Sequence record: ON529860.1
Strand: one strand, 5' to 3'
DNA length: 64,000 nt
A model generated the notes under the pieces. The model searched no databases. It had not been told where the DNA came from and saw nothing but the letters and a program-made list of their open reading frames with translations. Of the stretch, positions 1 to 11,627 are shown in pieces; positions within the stretch are counted from its first letter, which is position 1; each line of letters opens with the position of its first letter. The position numbers and the translations under genes were made by a program.

Positions 1-2
1 TC

Positions 3-1076
3 GAGAACTCCGAGACCGCCGCCCAGCGCGTCGCCTCGTTCGACGAACTCCAGCAGCAACTGAAGTCGGTCCTCCAGGGCGCGGTGCGCACCATCCTGTC
101 GACCAACAAGCTGGAAGAGATCATGCAGGACCGGGCCAAGCTGGGCACCGAGTTCACCGCCGAGGTCAACCACCAGCTTCAGGAATGGGGCGTGACCACC
201 GTCAAGTCCATCGAGTTCATGGACATTCGCGACAGCAGCGGTTCGAAGGTCATCGCCAATATGATGGCGAAGGAGCAGTCGCGCATCGAAAAGGAAAGCC
301 GCATCACCGTCGCGGAAAACCTGCGCGAAGCCGAACTGAAGGAAATCGACGCCGACCGCGTCGTCGAGGTTCAGAAGCAGGACGCCCAGCAACAACTCGG
401 CATCCGCACCGCCGAAAAAGAACGCGCCGTCGGCATCGCCGATGAGCAGACGCGCCAGGAAGTCCTGCTGGAAAGCAAGCTGACCGCCGAGCGCCAGATG
501 GACGTCCAGAAGATCAACGACGTGAAGACGGCCGAGATCGCCAAGGACGTCGCCATCGTCAAGGCCGAGCAGGATCGCGAGGTCCTGGTGGTCAAGTCGG
601 AAGCCGAGAAGCGCCAGACGGTCATCGCAGCCGAGGCGCAGAAGGAGCGCACCGAGGTTGTCGCCAAGGGCGATCTTGCAGCGGCCCAGAACGAGGCCCT
701 GGGCTTGCAAGCGATCGGCGAGGCGAAGGCCAAGGCGGAAGAAGCCATCTTGATGGCGCCGGTCACCGCCCAGATCACCCTCGCCAAGGAGATCGGCGAG
801 AACCAGCCCTACCAGCAGTATCTGATCACGGTCGAGCAGATCAAGGCGGGCCAGGCGGTCGGCACCGAAATGGCTCAGGCCCTGAAGAGCGCCGACCTGA
901 AGGTCATCGCCAACTCGGGCGACGTCCAGTCGGGCGTGGGCGCGCTGGGCGGCATCCTGTCGCCGGCCGGCGGCACCGCGATCGCCGGCGCCCTGTCGGC
1001 CCTGTCGCAACTGCCCGAAGGCAAGGCCCTGGTGGACCGGCTCACCGGCGCGGACAAGGCGGCGACCACCGCCTGA
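3..1076 (+). CDS. SPFH/band-7/flotillin-like protein (5' truncated by window)
   Basis: Frame open from base 3. SPFH-type 'LQGAVRTIL..LEEIM..R..F..EV..QL.EWGV' followed by a long AEA-rich coiled-coil tail. Confidence 0.8.
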   Translation, partial: ENSETAAQRVASFDELQQQLKSVLQGAVRTILSTNKLEEIMQDRAKLGTEFTAEVNHQLQEWGVTTVKSIEFMDIRDSSGSKVIANMMAKEQSRIEKESRITVAENLREAELKEIDADRVVEVQKQDAQQQLGIRTAEKERAVGIADEQTRQEVLLESKLTAERQMDVQKINDVKTAEIAKDVAIVKAEQDREVLVVKSEAEKRQTVIAAEAQKERTEVVAKGDLAAAQNEALGLQAIGEAKAKAEEAILMAPVTAQITLAKEIGENQPYQQYLITVEQIKAGQAVGTEMAQALKSADLKVIANSGDVQSGVGALGGILSPAGGTAIAGALSALSQLPEGKALVDRLTGADKAATTA

Positions 1077-1098
1077 CGCCTCGGGTTGAGCACGACGG

Positions 1099-1128
1099 AA
1101 ACGGCCGGTCAAATGACCGGCCGTTTTT
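1099..1128 (+). terminator. Intrinsic terminator
   Basis: AAACGGCCGGTC-AAAT-GACCGGCCGTTT followed by T tract. Confidence 0.85.
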
Positions 1129-1139
1129 GTGTGTGAGGG

Positions 1140-1169
1140 TTGACAGACAACATTCCTGACAGGTAGTGA
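1140..1169 (+). promoter_or_regulatory. sigma70-type promoter
   Basis: TTGACA-17-GTAGTG directly after the terminator. Confidence 0.55.
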
Positions 1170-1177
1170 CAATCGCG

Positions 1178-1588
1178 ATGACATTCGTTGCTGACCCTCT
1201 TGAACCGGCGATCAACTCCGTGACCAACGGCCAGATTCTCTGCGAGACCCTGCCGCCGTGCTTCCGGCTGACGTGGCTGGATCAGTCGTTCCACGACGCG
1301 CCTAAAGGCGCTGAGGCCGCGCCCTACCACCGGGCGCGCGACTTCAAGCATCTTGGCGGCGCGATCGCCTGGGCGCGCCGGAGGATTTTCCACGGAGAAG
1401 CGTTCGGCGACGTGATCGAACTGGTCCGCGTTGACCGCCGGCGCCTGAACGGCGTCTACGTCGAGGAGCCTTACGAGGCGCGCGACATCACCCTGGCGGG
1501 CTTCCTGCCCTGGGATCGGAAAAACTGGAGCGGGAGCCCCACCGAGGTGGTCCTTTCGCACCCCCACAAGAGGTGTATCTGGGAATGA
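1178..1588 (+). CDS. Hypothetical protein
   Basis: ORF with phage codon bias, ATGA overlap with the next gene. Confidence 0.65.
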   Translation: MTFVADPLEPAINSVTNGQILCETLPPCFRLTWLDQSFHDAPKGAEAAPYHRARDFKHLGGAIAWARRRIFHGEAFGDVIELVRVDRRRLNGVYVEEPYEARDITLAGFLPWDRKNWSGSPTEVVLSHPHKRCIWE

Positions 1589-2697
1589 CCCTTCGAGGCC
1601 TGAAGAAGAAACCCGACGTGATGGTCTTCATCGGTCGTTTCCAGCCGCTCCATAACGGGCACCTGGACGTGATCGCCCAAGCCCTCGCCGCCGCCGAACG
1701 GCTGATCATCCTGGTGGGCTCGGCCAACCTGGCCCGCGACACCCGCAACCCCTTCACCTACGAAGAGCGCGCCGCCCTGATCCGCACCGCGATCGAGCAG
1801 AAGTTCGGCGCCGAGACCGCCGCCCGCGTGGTGGTTTGTCCGGTGCCGGACAGCCCCTATGATCTTCAGGAATGGATCGAAACCGTCCAGATGACGGTCA
1901 AGATGAACACCGTGCCGTTCGTGCGTCCGACGATCAACCTGACCGGACACGATCGCGACGAGACCTCCTTCTATCTGAAGCTGTTCCCGCAGTGGCCCTA
2001 CGCCGGAGCCGAAGGCGCCACCGACCTCAACGCCTCGGCCCTGCGCGCCGACTACTTCAACGGCGGCGTCGACCTCTTCAACAACGCCTGGCGCGACAGC
2101 GGCCCCGTCTGGCCGGCGGTGGTCCCGCCGGCGACCCTGGCCTTCCTTCAGGCCTTCCGGGATCGCCCCGAATACGCCCGCCTGATGCGTGAACTGAAGG
2201 CCGAGCGCGCCTACAAGGCCAAGTACGGCCCCGGCCCTCATGTCACCCTCGACGCGGTGGTGATCCAGTCGGGCCACGTTCTGGTCGGTCGCCGCAAGGG
2301 CGAATACGGCCACGGCATGCTGGCCCTGCCAGGCGGCTTCCTGGAGGTCGAGCGCAACGAAACCCTGCTGGAGGGCGCCGAGCGCGAGTGCTTCGAGGAG
2401 ACCGGGCTGTTCAACCACTTCGGCCCCGACAACCTGATCACCGACGAACGCCGGCGCATGCTGCACACCCACCTGCGCGGCGAGGACGTCTTTGGCGACC
2501 CGAACCGCTCGCGGCGCGGTCGCCTGATCACCCACGCCCACCTGTTCAAGCTGCCGGACGACTACACCCTGCCGCCGGTCGAGCCCTGGGACGATCTGGA
2601 GGACGTGCACTGGATGCCGATCTCGGACGTCCGCGCCGACGAGTTCTTCGAGGACCACGCCTTCATCATCGAAAAGATGATCCGGCAGTTCCTGTAA
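1585..2697 (+). CDS. nadM: Bifunctional NMN adenylyltransferase / Nudix (ADP-ribose pyrophosphatase)
   Basis: [11 protein letters not shown] (HxGH) motif plus Nudix box [25 protein letters not shown]. Confidence 0.92.
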   Translation: MTLRGLKKKPDVMVFIGRFQPLHNGHLDVIAQALAAAERLIILVGSANLARDTRNPFTYEERAALIRTAIEQKFGAETAARVVVCPVPDSPYDLQEWIETVQMTVKMNTVPFVRPTINLTGHDRDETSFYLKLFPQWPYAGAEGATDLNASALRADYFNGGVDLFNNAWRDSGPVWPAVVPPATLAFLQAFRDRPEYARLMRELKAERAYKAKYGPGPHVTLDAVVIQSGHVLVGRRKGEYGHGMLALPGGFLEVERNETLLEGAERECFEETGLFNHFGPDNLITDERRRMLHTHLRGEDVFGDPNRSRRGRLITHAHLFKLPDDYTLPPVEPWDDLEDVHWMPISDVRADEFFEDHAFIIEKMIRQFL

Positions 2698-2730
2698 ACC
2701 CAACCACATTCACACGAGGGGGAAATCTCC

Positions 2731-4158
2731 ATGGTCATTCGCGACACTGACGATCTGCCGAACCATCTGGCGCCGCTGCCCTACAACCTGATCGCCGATA
2801 CCGACAGCTACAAGCTGGGTCACTGGACGCTCTATCGGAAGGGCACGACCACCGTCTACAGCTACATCGAGCCGCGCGGCGGGCGCTACCCGGTGGTGAT
2901 GTTCGCCGGGCTCCAGAAGCTGCTCTACGAGAAGCTGGGCCAGCCCATCACCCGCGACCAGATCGAGGAGATGGCGAAGTTCGTGCCCGCGCACGGCTTC
3001 GAGTTCAACCGCGAGGGCTGGGAGATCATCCTGAACGAATACGACGGCAAGCTGCCGCTGCTGATCAAGGCCGTGCCCGAGGGCCTGGTCCTGCCCGTTC
3101 GCAACGCCCTGTTCACCATCGAAAACCTCGATCCGCGCCTGCCGTGGCTGACCTCCTACCTGGAGACGATGATCCTGCGCGACCTGTGGACGTCGTGCAC
3201 CATCGCCACGCGCATCTACCTGATGACGCAGCGCCTCAAGGGCCACTGGGAGCAGCACTCGGACAATCCCATGAGCCCCTTCGCCCTGCTCGACTTCTCG
3301 TCGCGCGGCACCATGGGCTATGACCACTCGGTCATGGGCGGCATCGCCTACCTGTTCCACTTCATGGGCTCGGACAACGTGCCGGCCGTGCGGGAAGCCA
3401 ACTACTACTACTTCGAAGAGATGTCGGCCTATTCGGTGCTGGCCGCAGAGCACTCGATCTCCTGCTCCTTCGGCCGCGACAACGACGACGACTACATCCG
3501 CAACTCGCTGGAGGTCGCCAAGCCGAACTCGCCGCTGTCGCTGGTCGGCGACACCTGGAACATCTTCAAGTTCGCCGAGAAGGTGGTCGCCAACCACAAG
3601 GACCTGATCATCAACAAGGGGATCAAGTTCGTCGCCCGTCCGGATTCTGGCGAGATCGCCGACGTCCTGCCGCCGGTCTTCACCACCCTGGCGAAGGGCT
3701 TCGGCACCGACCGCAACTCCAAGGGCAAGGACGTCATCCGCTACGGCGCCGCCGTCCTGCAAGGCGACGGCATGAACGAGCACTCCCACATGGTGCCGTT
3801 CCAGGTCGCCGACGCCCTGGGGCTGGCCCCGGACAGTGTGATCACCGCAGCCGGCGGCGGCCTGATGACCGCCGACCTGGACCGCGACACCATGAAGTGG
3901 GCGATGAAGGCCTCCGAGATGGTGATCGACGGCGAGCGCGTCGACATCTTCAAGGACCCGATCACCGATCCGGGCAAGCAGTCCAAGCGCGGCCGCTTCG
4001 CCCTGGTGCGCAATGAAGACGGCGAGTTCGCCACCATCAATCGCATCAACGACGCCGAGGACCGCGCCGACCTGCTGGAGCCGCGCTTCCTCAAGGGCGA
4101 CGTGATCAACGCCACCACCCTGGCCCAAGTGCGCGAACGCGTCTCGGCCCAACTCTAA
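2731..4158 (+). CDS. nadV: Nicotinamide phosphoribosyltransferase (NAMPT)
   Basis: TDSYKLGH, DFSSRG, AAEHS, RPDSG, LQGDG, KDPITDPGKQSKRG motifs. Adjacent to NMNAT. Confidence 0.92.
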   Translation: MVIRDTDDLPNHLAPLPYNLIADTDSYKLGHWTLYRKGTTTVYSYIEPRGGRYPVVMFAGLQKLLYEKLGQPITRDQIEEMAKFVPAHGFEFNREGWEIILNEYDGKLPLLIKAVPEGLVLPVRNALFTIENLDPRLPWLTSYLETMILRDLWTSCTIATRIYLMTQRLKGHWEQHSDNPMSPFALLDFSSRGTMGYDHSVMGGIAYLFHFMGSDNVPAVREANYYYFEEMSAYSVLAAEHSISCSFGRDNDDDYIRNSLEVAKPNSPLSLVGDTWNIFKFAEKVVANHKDLIINKGIKFVARPDSGEIADVLPPVFTTLAKGFGTDRNSKGKDVIRYGAAVLQGDGMNEHSHMVPFQVADALGLAPDSVITAAGGGLMTADLDRDTMKWAMKASEMVIDGERVDIFKDPITDPGKQSKRGRFALVRNEDGEFATINRINDAEDRADLLEPRFLKGDVINATTLAQVRERVSAQL

Positions 4159-4168
4159 GGACCCTCCC

Positions 4169-6210
4169 TTGACCCAGATGATCCTCGAAGGCTCAGCCTC
4201 CACCCATCAGACCCCGCTGGCGCCCAACCGCGCCGTCTGGGTCGTGGACGCCGAGGCCAAGACCGCCACCGCCGAACTCCTCGGCGGTCAGGCGGTCATC
4301 ACCCGCCGCGCCAAGGACAACACCCTGCGCGGCGTCTTCACCCTGCCGGTGGCGCTGGGCGGCCTGGAGCAGTCCTTCTCCCTGGCGGACTGCGCCACCG
4401 TCTATCTGGCGCAGCAGCGCGCCGAGACGCTGATCCGCGAGACGATGAACAAGACCCATCCGGTCATGTACGCCGACCTCGCCAGGGCCGAGATCGAAAA
4501 GGCCAACGCCGAAGCCGGTCCGGACCCGTTCTGATGGCGAACCTGGACGCCGAGGTCGCACGCCTGCCGCCTCGGCTCCAGGTGGCGCACGCCCAGGGTT
4601 ACATGGTGACCGATGACCTGGAAGGATTCCCGATCGACAACGCGATGCGCTTCCGGGTCCAGGTCTTCTCCCCGCGTTACGGCTGGGTCAACGCCTGGAG
4701 CACGAAGGGCGAGTTGCACGCCGATACGCCCGAGCGCCTGATCAGCATCTGCAACACCCTGGCCGCCCACGGCGACCGGGTCCGAATCATCGAACTTGTT
4801 CCCTCTCTTTACAGGACTTTCGAGCCAGAATGACCCGTTTCACCGCCCGGATCGACGCCGAGTTCGACGTCGAGATTGATGAGAGCAAGGTCACGGCCGA
4901 GGTGCTGGAAGAGTTCAGCGCCTACATCACCTATGTCGGCAACGTCGAGGACCTGGTCGAGTACCTGGCGAACCTCTACGCGCGCGGCGTCATCGACGGC
5001 TCCGACCGGATGATCGAGGGCCTGGGTCTTCCGTCCGCCTTCGGCCTGAAGTTCATCGGGGCGCACGGCGCCACGGATTTCGGCATGGTCAACGTCAATG
5101 TCGACATCGAGCGGGCCTGACGTGGTCTCGATCCGAGAACGCTACGCCCGCATCACCAAACGCGGCAAGGCCGACATCGCCGCCTGGAAGGCGTCGCTGG
5201 AGAAGGCGGTCGCCCTGGGCGTGGCCGGAGCGGCGGAAGAACTGCGTCTGCTGAACCACTACGAAGCCCGCGCCCGACGCGACTATCGCGCGGCGCCCAA
5301 GCGCAAGGCCTCCTGATGTTCCAGCCCATCTACACCGACGAAGCCCAGATCGCCCACTACCCCGAGGACGTGCAGACGCTCATTCGCGGAATCCAGGCCA
5401 AGCTGGATGAGCGCTGGCGCTTCATCATGGAGCAGTATTCTCACAGCGAGACGCTCGACAGCGGGGCGGTGGTCCATCTGTCCAAAGACGGCGCCTATAT
5501 GCAGGAACAGGTCGGCTACTTCTTCAACCTGTCCTACGCCGCCTGGCTCTGCCTGCCGCGCCTGGCGCTTCAGGAGATGCCGCTGGACTGGCAGGCGCGC
5601 TTCGTCGCCCTGATGGAAGAGGGTTATGAGCGCGGACTGACGGGACCGAGCAATGTGTCGGTGGTGCGTAAGAAGGGCGGCAAGTTCGTCAACAACGATC
5701 ACTGGAACAACTATCGACGCGGCACGGTGCGTCACGCCAAGGCCCGCGACGCCGAACTCGGTATTGAGGATTGGACCGACGATGTCTGACCGCGACGCCG
5801 AAACAGCCGCCATCGCCATGCTGTCGCATCAAGGCTACGGCTATTACACCGATCCGATGGAGGGCGGGCAGGACGCCTATGATCTCTCCATGCAGATGCT
5901 GGACCTGGCGGAGGCGGCGGTCAACGCCCTGCGCCGCACTGGAAGACTGGCCTTGAACAACGACGCACCCGCCAATCAATTGCTGTCGGACGAACGCAGC
6001 GACAACGCGCCGCCGGCGATCCGCGCCCTGTTCCGGGAGTACGATCAGGGGTGGGTCTTCAGCGCCCTGTCAGCGGCCGGCATCAACGGCAACCCGGCGC
6101 TCTACACCGAGCGCCAGTTGACCCAAGGCGTGGCTCTCGCCACGGCGCTTCTGGAGGCCCAGCGCCGCCGCGACACCGAGGCTCTTTTTCGGACCCCGCC
6201 TGGCGGTTGA
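4169..6210 (+). CDS. Six small tandem hypothetical ORFs (4169-4534, 4534-4833, 4830-5120, ~5098-5316, 5316-5789, 5782-6210)
   Basis: Start/stop overlaps and phage codon bias. No recognisable motifs. Confidence 0.65.
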
Positions 6211-6213
6211 GCG

Positions 6214-6242
6214 TTGACGGACAAGATTGCTGGTAGTAAGTG
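6214..6242 (+). promoter_or_regulatory. sigma70-type promoter
   Basis: TTGACG-17-TAAGTG, ATG about 7 nt downstream. Confidence 0.5.
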
Positions 6243-6248
6243 TCAGGC

Positions 6249-6773
6249 ATGACGGCAATCACCTCACACGCGATCCTCTCCGAGGAAAATCCGCCCCTCT
6301 ACCGCTACTGGCTGGAGCGGGTCTGGGATGAGGCTCTGCCGGTCATGGTCTGGGTGATGCTGAACCCGTCGACGGCCGACCACACCGTCAACGACCCCAC
6401 CATCCTGGCCTGTATGGACTTCGCGCGCCGGAACGGCTGCGGATCGATCGCGGTGGTCAATCTCTACGGCTTCCGCTCGCCGCACCCCAAGGTGATGAAG
6501 GCGGCGAAGGACCCGGTCGGCGACCTGACCTACGACTACCTGCAACGGGCGATGCGGATGGTGCGGGATCGGCCGGGCTCGTTGGCGATCTGCGGCTGGG
6601 GCAACGGCGACTTCAACTACATGGCGCTGGGGCTGCGCCGGCATGCCCAGGACGCCGGCGTGACGCTGCATTGCTTCGGCGTCACCAAGGACGGTTCGCC
6701 CAAGCACCCGCTGGCGCGAGGGCTCCACCGCATCCCGCGCGACACCTCGCCCCTGCCCTACGCGATCGTCTGA
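6249..6773 (+). CDS. DUF1643-family protein
   Basis: YRYWLER.W..VMLNPSTAD..DPT..NLY..R..P..L..AWG..GSPKHPL pattern. Confidence 0.8.
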   Translation: MTAITSHAILSEENPPLYRYWLERVWDEALPVMVWVMLNPSTADHTVNDPTILACMDFARRNGCGSIAVVNLYGFRSPHPKVMKAAKDPVGDLTYDYLQRAMRMVRDRPGSLAICGWGNGDFNYMALGLRRHAQDAGVTLHCFGVTKDGSPKHPLARGLHRIPRDTSPLPYAIV

Positions 6774-8105
6774 TGAGCAAGCCGCCGTCGACGCTTCAGA
6801 ACCTGTGTCTGGACATACCGCAGTCACCGTCTCCCGCGCCCTACATCATCAGCGTCGATCCGGCGTCAAAGGACTCCAAGTCCTGTGGCATGGCGATCCT
6901 GCCGCGCAATCGGGTGCCCGCGCCGCCGACTTCGCCTCCGGTCGTGTCCGCGACGCAGCAAACGATCGACTGGAAGTCGGTTTCCGTTGGCGTCGACTGG
7001 GCGGATGCGGCGGCCGCCATGGCGAAGTACCGTGATGCGATCGCCTCCATTTCTCAGGCTCAAATGAACTCCTACTTCCAGACGAACATTCTCGGCGCCC
7101 ATTCCCCCTTCAGAGACCTCAACGAGTCGCGGTTTGCGCCGACGCGGGCGGAAGACCTGGGCTGCGTCACCGCCATGATTCAGGCCGTGCGGGACCATTT
7201 CGGCTCCGACGACGGCCTGAGCATGGACTACCGCGTGGAGTGCTGGCAGGACGAGAACCCCTACTACCTCAATGCCTGGCTTTTCGGCCCGCGCGGTGAA
7301 TTCACCGGATACGCGCGCGTCGACGCGCTCAAGGACGAGTTCAAGCATCACGCGCGCACCGCCCGACGCGGCGACGTCGTGACGGCGAAGCTGAGAGGCG
7401 TTCCGATCCCGGTGACTTTCCGGGTCACGATGCTGGCGGGCCTCGATGACGCCATGCGGGGCAGCCGCCTTTACGGCCGGCGCGACGAACCCCAGGCCTA
7501 TTACCAGTTCGCCTCCTACGAAGACTACGCCGCCTGGGAATCCCTGGCGGCCTACGACCGGACCAGCCTCCATGACCTCTAAACCCGATCGCGCCCTGGT
7601 GCTGGAATTCTCCTCGGCCTTGCAGTTTCTCAAGCCGGATGAGGAGGCGTTCACCCTGTGGCTCAACACCATGGCGGGCGGCGACTACGCCTTCGGCTAC
7701 GGCCTGCTGCGCACCTATGAAGACGAGTACGACCCGTGCGGCATTCTGGTGGCGATCAACGGGGGAGACTGGCGGTGGGACGCGCAGGACGAATCCTGGG
7801 CCTACGCGGACTCCGCCACCACCCTGAATCCCATGACTGTGGCGAAATGGCTCGGGATGGCGCGGGACTGGCATTGGCTGAACATCTTCCTGGACTCCCT
7901 CACGCGCCTGAGCGACGAGAGCACCGCCTTTGCACCGATCGTCGCCGTGTTGCGCGAGGCGCTGTCGACGATGCAGACCACGCGTGAGCGCTTCCATGAC
8001 GGCGTACACCTGGCGCACACCTCGGGACGAATGCTTGGACCCGACTCGGACCTGCGGACCAAGAACCTCTTGCGCCGCGACCTCAAGCCCTTCTACGCCC
8101 GATGA
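6773..8105 (+). CDS. Two hypothetical ORFs (6773-7582, 7572-8105)
   Basis: Overlapping start/stop codons, codon bias. Confidence 0.6.
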
Positions 8106-8518
8106 GCGCGATCGCCAATATCATCGTCTGCGGCGGCCGGGTCGGGCGCAACCTGACCCAGCAGCGGGTCTGGAAGGTCATGGATACGCTGGCGCCCAAC
8201 TGGCCGCGCCCGTTCCGCATCGTCCAGGGCCAGGCGCAGTTCGCCGACAAGTGGAGCGGGCAGTGGGCGCTGAACCGGGGTCACCCGATGCAGCCGGTTC
8301 CGATCGACCCGCGCTTCGATGGCGACGACCTGGACGCGCCCTATCAGCGCAACCAGCGGATGGCGGATCACTTCCCGCCTTACGCCTGCGTCGGCTTCCC
8401 CGGCGGCAACGGCACCCTGAACATGATGACCATCTGCCACGATCTCGGCGTGCCCGTCGCCGACGTCGAACTCAACCATGACGGGACGTTTGCAATCCAT
8501 TGGTGGCCTCAGAAATGA
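8102..8518 (+). CDS. SLOG/YspA-like (DUF2493) protein
   Basis: IIVCGGR, QG.A.FAD..A..WA, RNQRM, FPGG.GT.NM motifs. Confidence 0.75.
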   Translation: MSAIANIIVCGGRVGRNLTQQRVWKVMDTLAPNWPRPFRIVQGQAQFADKWSGQWALNRGHPMQPVPIDPRFDGDDLDAPYQRNQRMADHFPPYACVGFPGGNGTLNMMTICHDLGVPVADVELNHDGTFAIHWWPQK

Positions 8519-9774
8519 CCGACTTCATCCACGCCTACGACCCGGAAGACGCCGCGACCGACGTCGGGCCTGTGCTGCGCCACCGGCCGATCTACAAGGT
8601 CGACGCCCTGGGCAAGATGCGCGTCTGGTTCATGGAGCGTCAGGACGAGAAGCACCGCGTCGTCGCCGGCTTCGACGGCGGGTCGCTGGTGGAAAACGCC
8701 TGGACCGTGTGCAAGTCCAAGGGCAAGGGCAAGGCCCAGACCACGCCGCTGCAACAATGCGCCAAGGAGGTCGAGGCCCTCTACAAGAAGGCTCTGGAGC
8801 GCGACTATTACGAGACCCACGCCGAGGCCAAGGGTCCGCCGCGCAACTACCTGCCCATGCTGGCCGAAAGCTGGAAGGACACCACCTGGGACAAGTGGGT
8901 CGCCCGCCTGAAGAAGGCGGGCTCCACGCCGCTGCCGGGCACGTCCGGGGTCTACTTCCAGCCCAAGCTGGATGGCTACTGCTGCATTTCCTACGACCGC
9001 AAGATGCAGTCTCGTGAAGGCCTGCCGATCCTGACGGCGCCCCACGTCGTCGCCGCGCTGGAATCCTTCTATGCGATGTTCCCCGGCCGACCGCTCCACG
9101 GCGAACTCTACAACCACGACCTCAAGGAAGAGTTCGAGGCCCTGGGTTCGCTTCTGAAAAAGCAAAAGGACATCACCCAGGACCACATCGACGAGGTCGT
9201 CGCCAAGGTCCAGTTCCACATCTACGACTATCCGGGCGCCGGCGAACACCTGCCGTTCGGCGAGCGGATCGCGGCGCTGAAGCGCGACCTGATCGCGGCC
9301 GGCGTCGACCTCGACAGCGGCGTCATCCAGATCGTGGAAACGACCGAGGTCCAGGACGAGGCGCACCTGGAGACCCTGTGCGGGCTCGCCCTGGAAGCCG
9401 GTTATGAAGGCGGCATCGGCCGCCTGCACCTGGCTTACGAAAAGGCCAAGCGTTCCTGGAGCGTCATCAAGATCAAGATTTTCGACGACGCCGAGTTCGA
9501 GGTGGTGCTGGTCCTGGAGGGCGAAGGCAACTACGCCGGCTACGCCAAGGCGGTGGTCTGCTGGCTGCCGGGCGCGGACCAGTCCGAGGGGCCGACCAAG
9601 GACACCACCTTCAAGGCCGGCATCAAGGGCCAGAAAAACCAGCGCCTCAAGGACCTGCTGACCGAGGAGAACCGGATCGTGACGATCCGCTACTTCGGCT
9701 ACACCTACGGCGGCACGGGCAAGCCCCGATTCGCGGTCGCCACCAAATGGCACGGCCTGGAACGGGTGCTCTGA
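8515..9774 (+). CDS. lig: ATP-dependent DNA ligase
   Basis: PMLA, QPKLDG (KxDG), LHGELY, FHIYD, GYEG, K.K..DAEF motifs. Confidence 0.92.
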   Translation: MTDFIHAYDPEDAATDVGPVLRHRPIYKVDALGKMRVWFMERQDEKHRVVAGFDGGSLVENAWTVCKSKGKGKAQTTPLQQCAKEVEALYKKALERDYYETHAEAKGPPRNYLPMLAESWKDTTWDKWVARLKKAGSTPLPGTSGVYFQPKLDGYCCISYDRKMQSREGLPILTAPHVVAALESFYAMFPGRPLHGELYNHDLKEEFEALGSLLKKQKDITQDHIDEVVAKVQFHIYDYPGAGEHLPFGERIAALKRDLIAAGVDLDSGVIQIVETTEVQDEAHLETLCGLALEAGYEGGIGRLHLAYEKAKRSWSVIKIKIFDDAEFEVVLVLEGEGNYAGYAKAVVCWLPGADQSEGPTKDTTFKAGIKGQKNQRLKDLLTEENRIVTIRYFGYTYGGTGKPRFAVATKWHGLERVL

Positions 9775-10616
9775 TGGAAACCTTCAATCGCGGCCTTGAA
9801 CTGATCGGCACCGGCGCCGCCGGCCTGTTAGCATTGGTGTGCCTCATCTTCGGCGCCTGCTGGTGCGGGATGAAGGTCGGCGGCGTCCTGGAACCGCTCG
9901 TCACCTGCGCCCGCGCCCGCCAGAACGCCTGGACCGCCACGAAGGCCCTGACCCAGGTCCTGTTCTGGATCGTCGTGATCCTGGGCGCGCTGGCGGCCCT
10001 GGGCTGTCTGGTTGAACTCTTCCTCGGCGCGCCCCTGGCGGAGGCCGTCAACACTCTCGCGAGGTCCTGACATGGAACCTGACCCCACCTTCATCGACGT
10101 CGGCATCCTCTACCTGTTCGGCCTGGGGGCTGCGACGGCTCTGATCGTCATGGGCGTCAACCTGGTGCGGCGTTTCTCAACGACCGGGTTCGCAGGCGTC
10201 TGGCGCAGCCTGCGCTATACCGCCATTGGACTTTCCCTGACCATCGCCGCCGGCGGGATCGCCATCGGCGTCCTGTTGGTCCTCGCCTACGCGATCGGCT
10301 GGATCGTCCACCTCCTGGGTTGGTGGCCCTATTGACGGCGGACCTGGAGCGCTACTTCGGCGCCGGGGGCAGCGTCCTGATGGTCCTGTTCCTGATGGGG
10401 TTCGGTTTGTGGTGCGCCTGGCGCGTCTACGTCATCACCCGGACGCGGCGCTGGGGAACAATCCTCCGCATCGTGCATGAGTACGCCGCACCCATCTACC
10501 CCATGTTTGTCATGCTGGCGTTGTTCGCGGTTCTCGCCGTTCTCAGCGTCGCCATCGGCTGGACCCTGGAACACCTCAACCTCTGGCCTTTTTGGCTGGC
10601 CCCTGCTACAAGCTGA
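9774..10616 (+). CDS. Three small membrane proteins (9774-10070, 10072-10335, ~10320-10616)
   Basis: Each has about two hydrophobic helices. Confidence 0.6.
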
Positions 10617-10638
10617 GCCGTTAGAAGAAAGTAAGCCG

Positions 10639-11115
10639 ATGAGCACTCTGAAAGACCTCCAAGACCTCGCCCTCCAGCAGCGCAAGGCCGCCGCCCAGGG
10701 CGACGGCGGCGAGCACGCCGTCTTCCTCGCCATGATTCTGTCCGACGCCGCCGGCCTCGCCAAGAGCCAGCAGCGGTCGATGACGGACGAAGACGCCGAG
10801 ACCGCCATCCGATCGACCGTCAAGGCGTTCGACAAGACCCTGGCCGGCGACGAGGCCAAGGGGCTCAAGGCGGTCGATCCCGACAGCGACTACGGGCGCA
10901 AGATGATCGCCCAGCGCGACGTCATCGCCGCCCTGGTGCCGGCGCCTCTGGACGGCCACCTGCTCGCGATGGCGATCCGCGACGCCGCCCAGGCGACCGA
11001 GAGCGAGATCAGCGCCAAGGGCATGGGCAAGATCATGGGCTGGCTGAACGCGCAATACCCTGGCCGGGTTGACGGCGCCAAGGTCAAGGCCGTCCTGGTC
11101 TCGGGCGCCGCCTGA
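10639..11115 (+). CDS. GatB/YqeY-domain protein
   Basis: Helical protein ending MGKIMGWL....GRVDG..V..VL. Confidence 0.75.
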   Translation: MSTLKDLQDLALQQRKAAAQGDGGEHAVFLAMILSDAAGLAKSQQRSMTDEDAETAIRSTVKAFDKTLAGDEAKGLKAVDPDSDYGRKMIAQRDVIAALVPAPLDGHLLAMAIRDAAQATESEISAKGMGKIMGWLNAQYPGRVDGAKVKAVLVSGAA

Positions 11116-11336
11116 TGAGCGAGGCACAGACGCGAATCGTCTACGGTGAACCCGGTGTCGGCAAGACCACGAACGCCGAACGCCTGCGGCTTAAGTTCGA
11201 CTGCACGTCGATCGTCGATGATTGGAACGGGCGAGACCCCTTGGCTGCTGGAGCCCTGGCACTGACCACCTGTCCCGGCCCTTATCGTGATGCGCCGGAT
11301 GTCGAGGTGCTGACCTACGAACAGGCGATGGCCTGA
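11115..11336 (+). CDS. Very small P-loop protein
   Basis: GEPGVGKTT Walker A in a 73-aa ORF. Confidence 0.55.
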   Translation: MSEAQTRIVYGEPGVGKTTNAERLRLKFDCTSIVDDWNGRDPLAAGALALTTCPGPYRDAPDVEVLTYEQAMA

Positions 11337-11339
11337 AAC

Positions 11340-11375
11340 AAAAGGCCCGCTGGATCACTCCAGCGGGCCTTTTTC
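11340..11375. terminator. Bidirectional terminator between convergent genes
   Basis: AAAAGGCCCGCTGGA-TCAC-TCCAGCGGGCCTTTTT. Confidence 0.9.
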
Positions 11376-11627
11376 TTATCGCCGTTTCTTGAACGACCGG
11401 GTCTTGGGCTTGAACCCCTTCACCATCGGGGCGCCGACGTGCCAATGATCGCCGTGGCGGCAGGGATAGGGCTCGACCGGCGTGGCGCCCGGAAGCGTCA
11501 TCAGGTAGGCGGCGTGACGCTCGGCGTCTGTCCGTGACCGCGCGATCTTACCCCGACACTCATTCGGGGGCGCGGGGTCAACCGTTGGTGTCGGCAGGTC
11601 CCGCAAAGAGCGCAGCAGACTACCCAC
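11376..11627 (-). CDS. Small Cys/His hypothetical protein
   Basis: ORF ending at the terminator. C..K and PYPCRHGDHWH motifs. Confidence 0.55.
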   Translation of the reverse strand: MGSLLRSLRDLPTPTVDPAPPNECRGKIARSRTDAERHAAYLMTLPGATPVEPYPCRHGDHWHVGAPMVKGFKPKTRSFKKRR

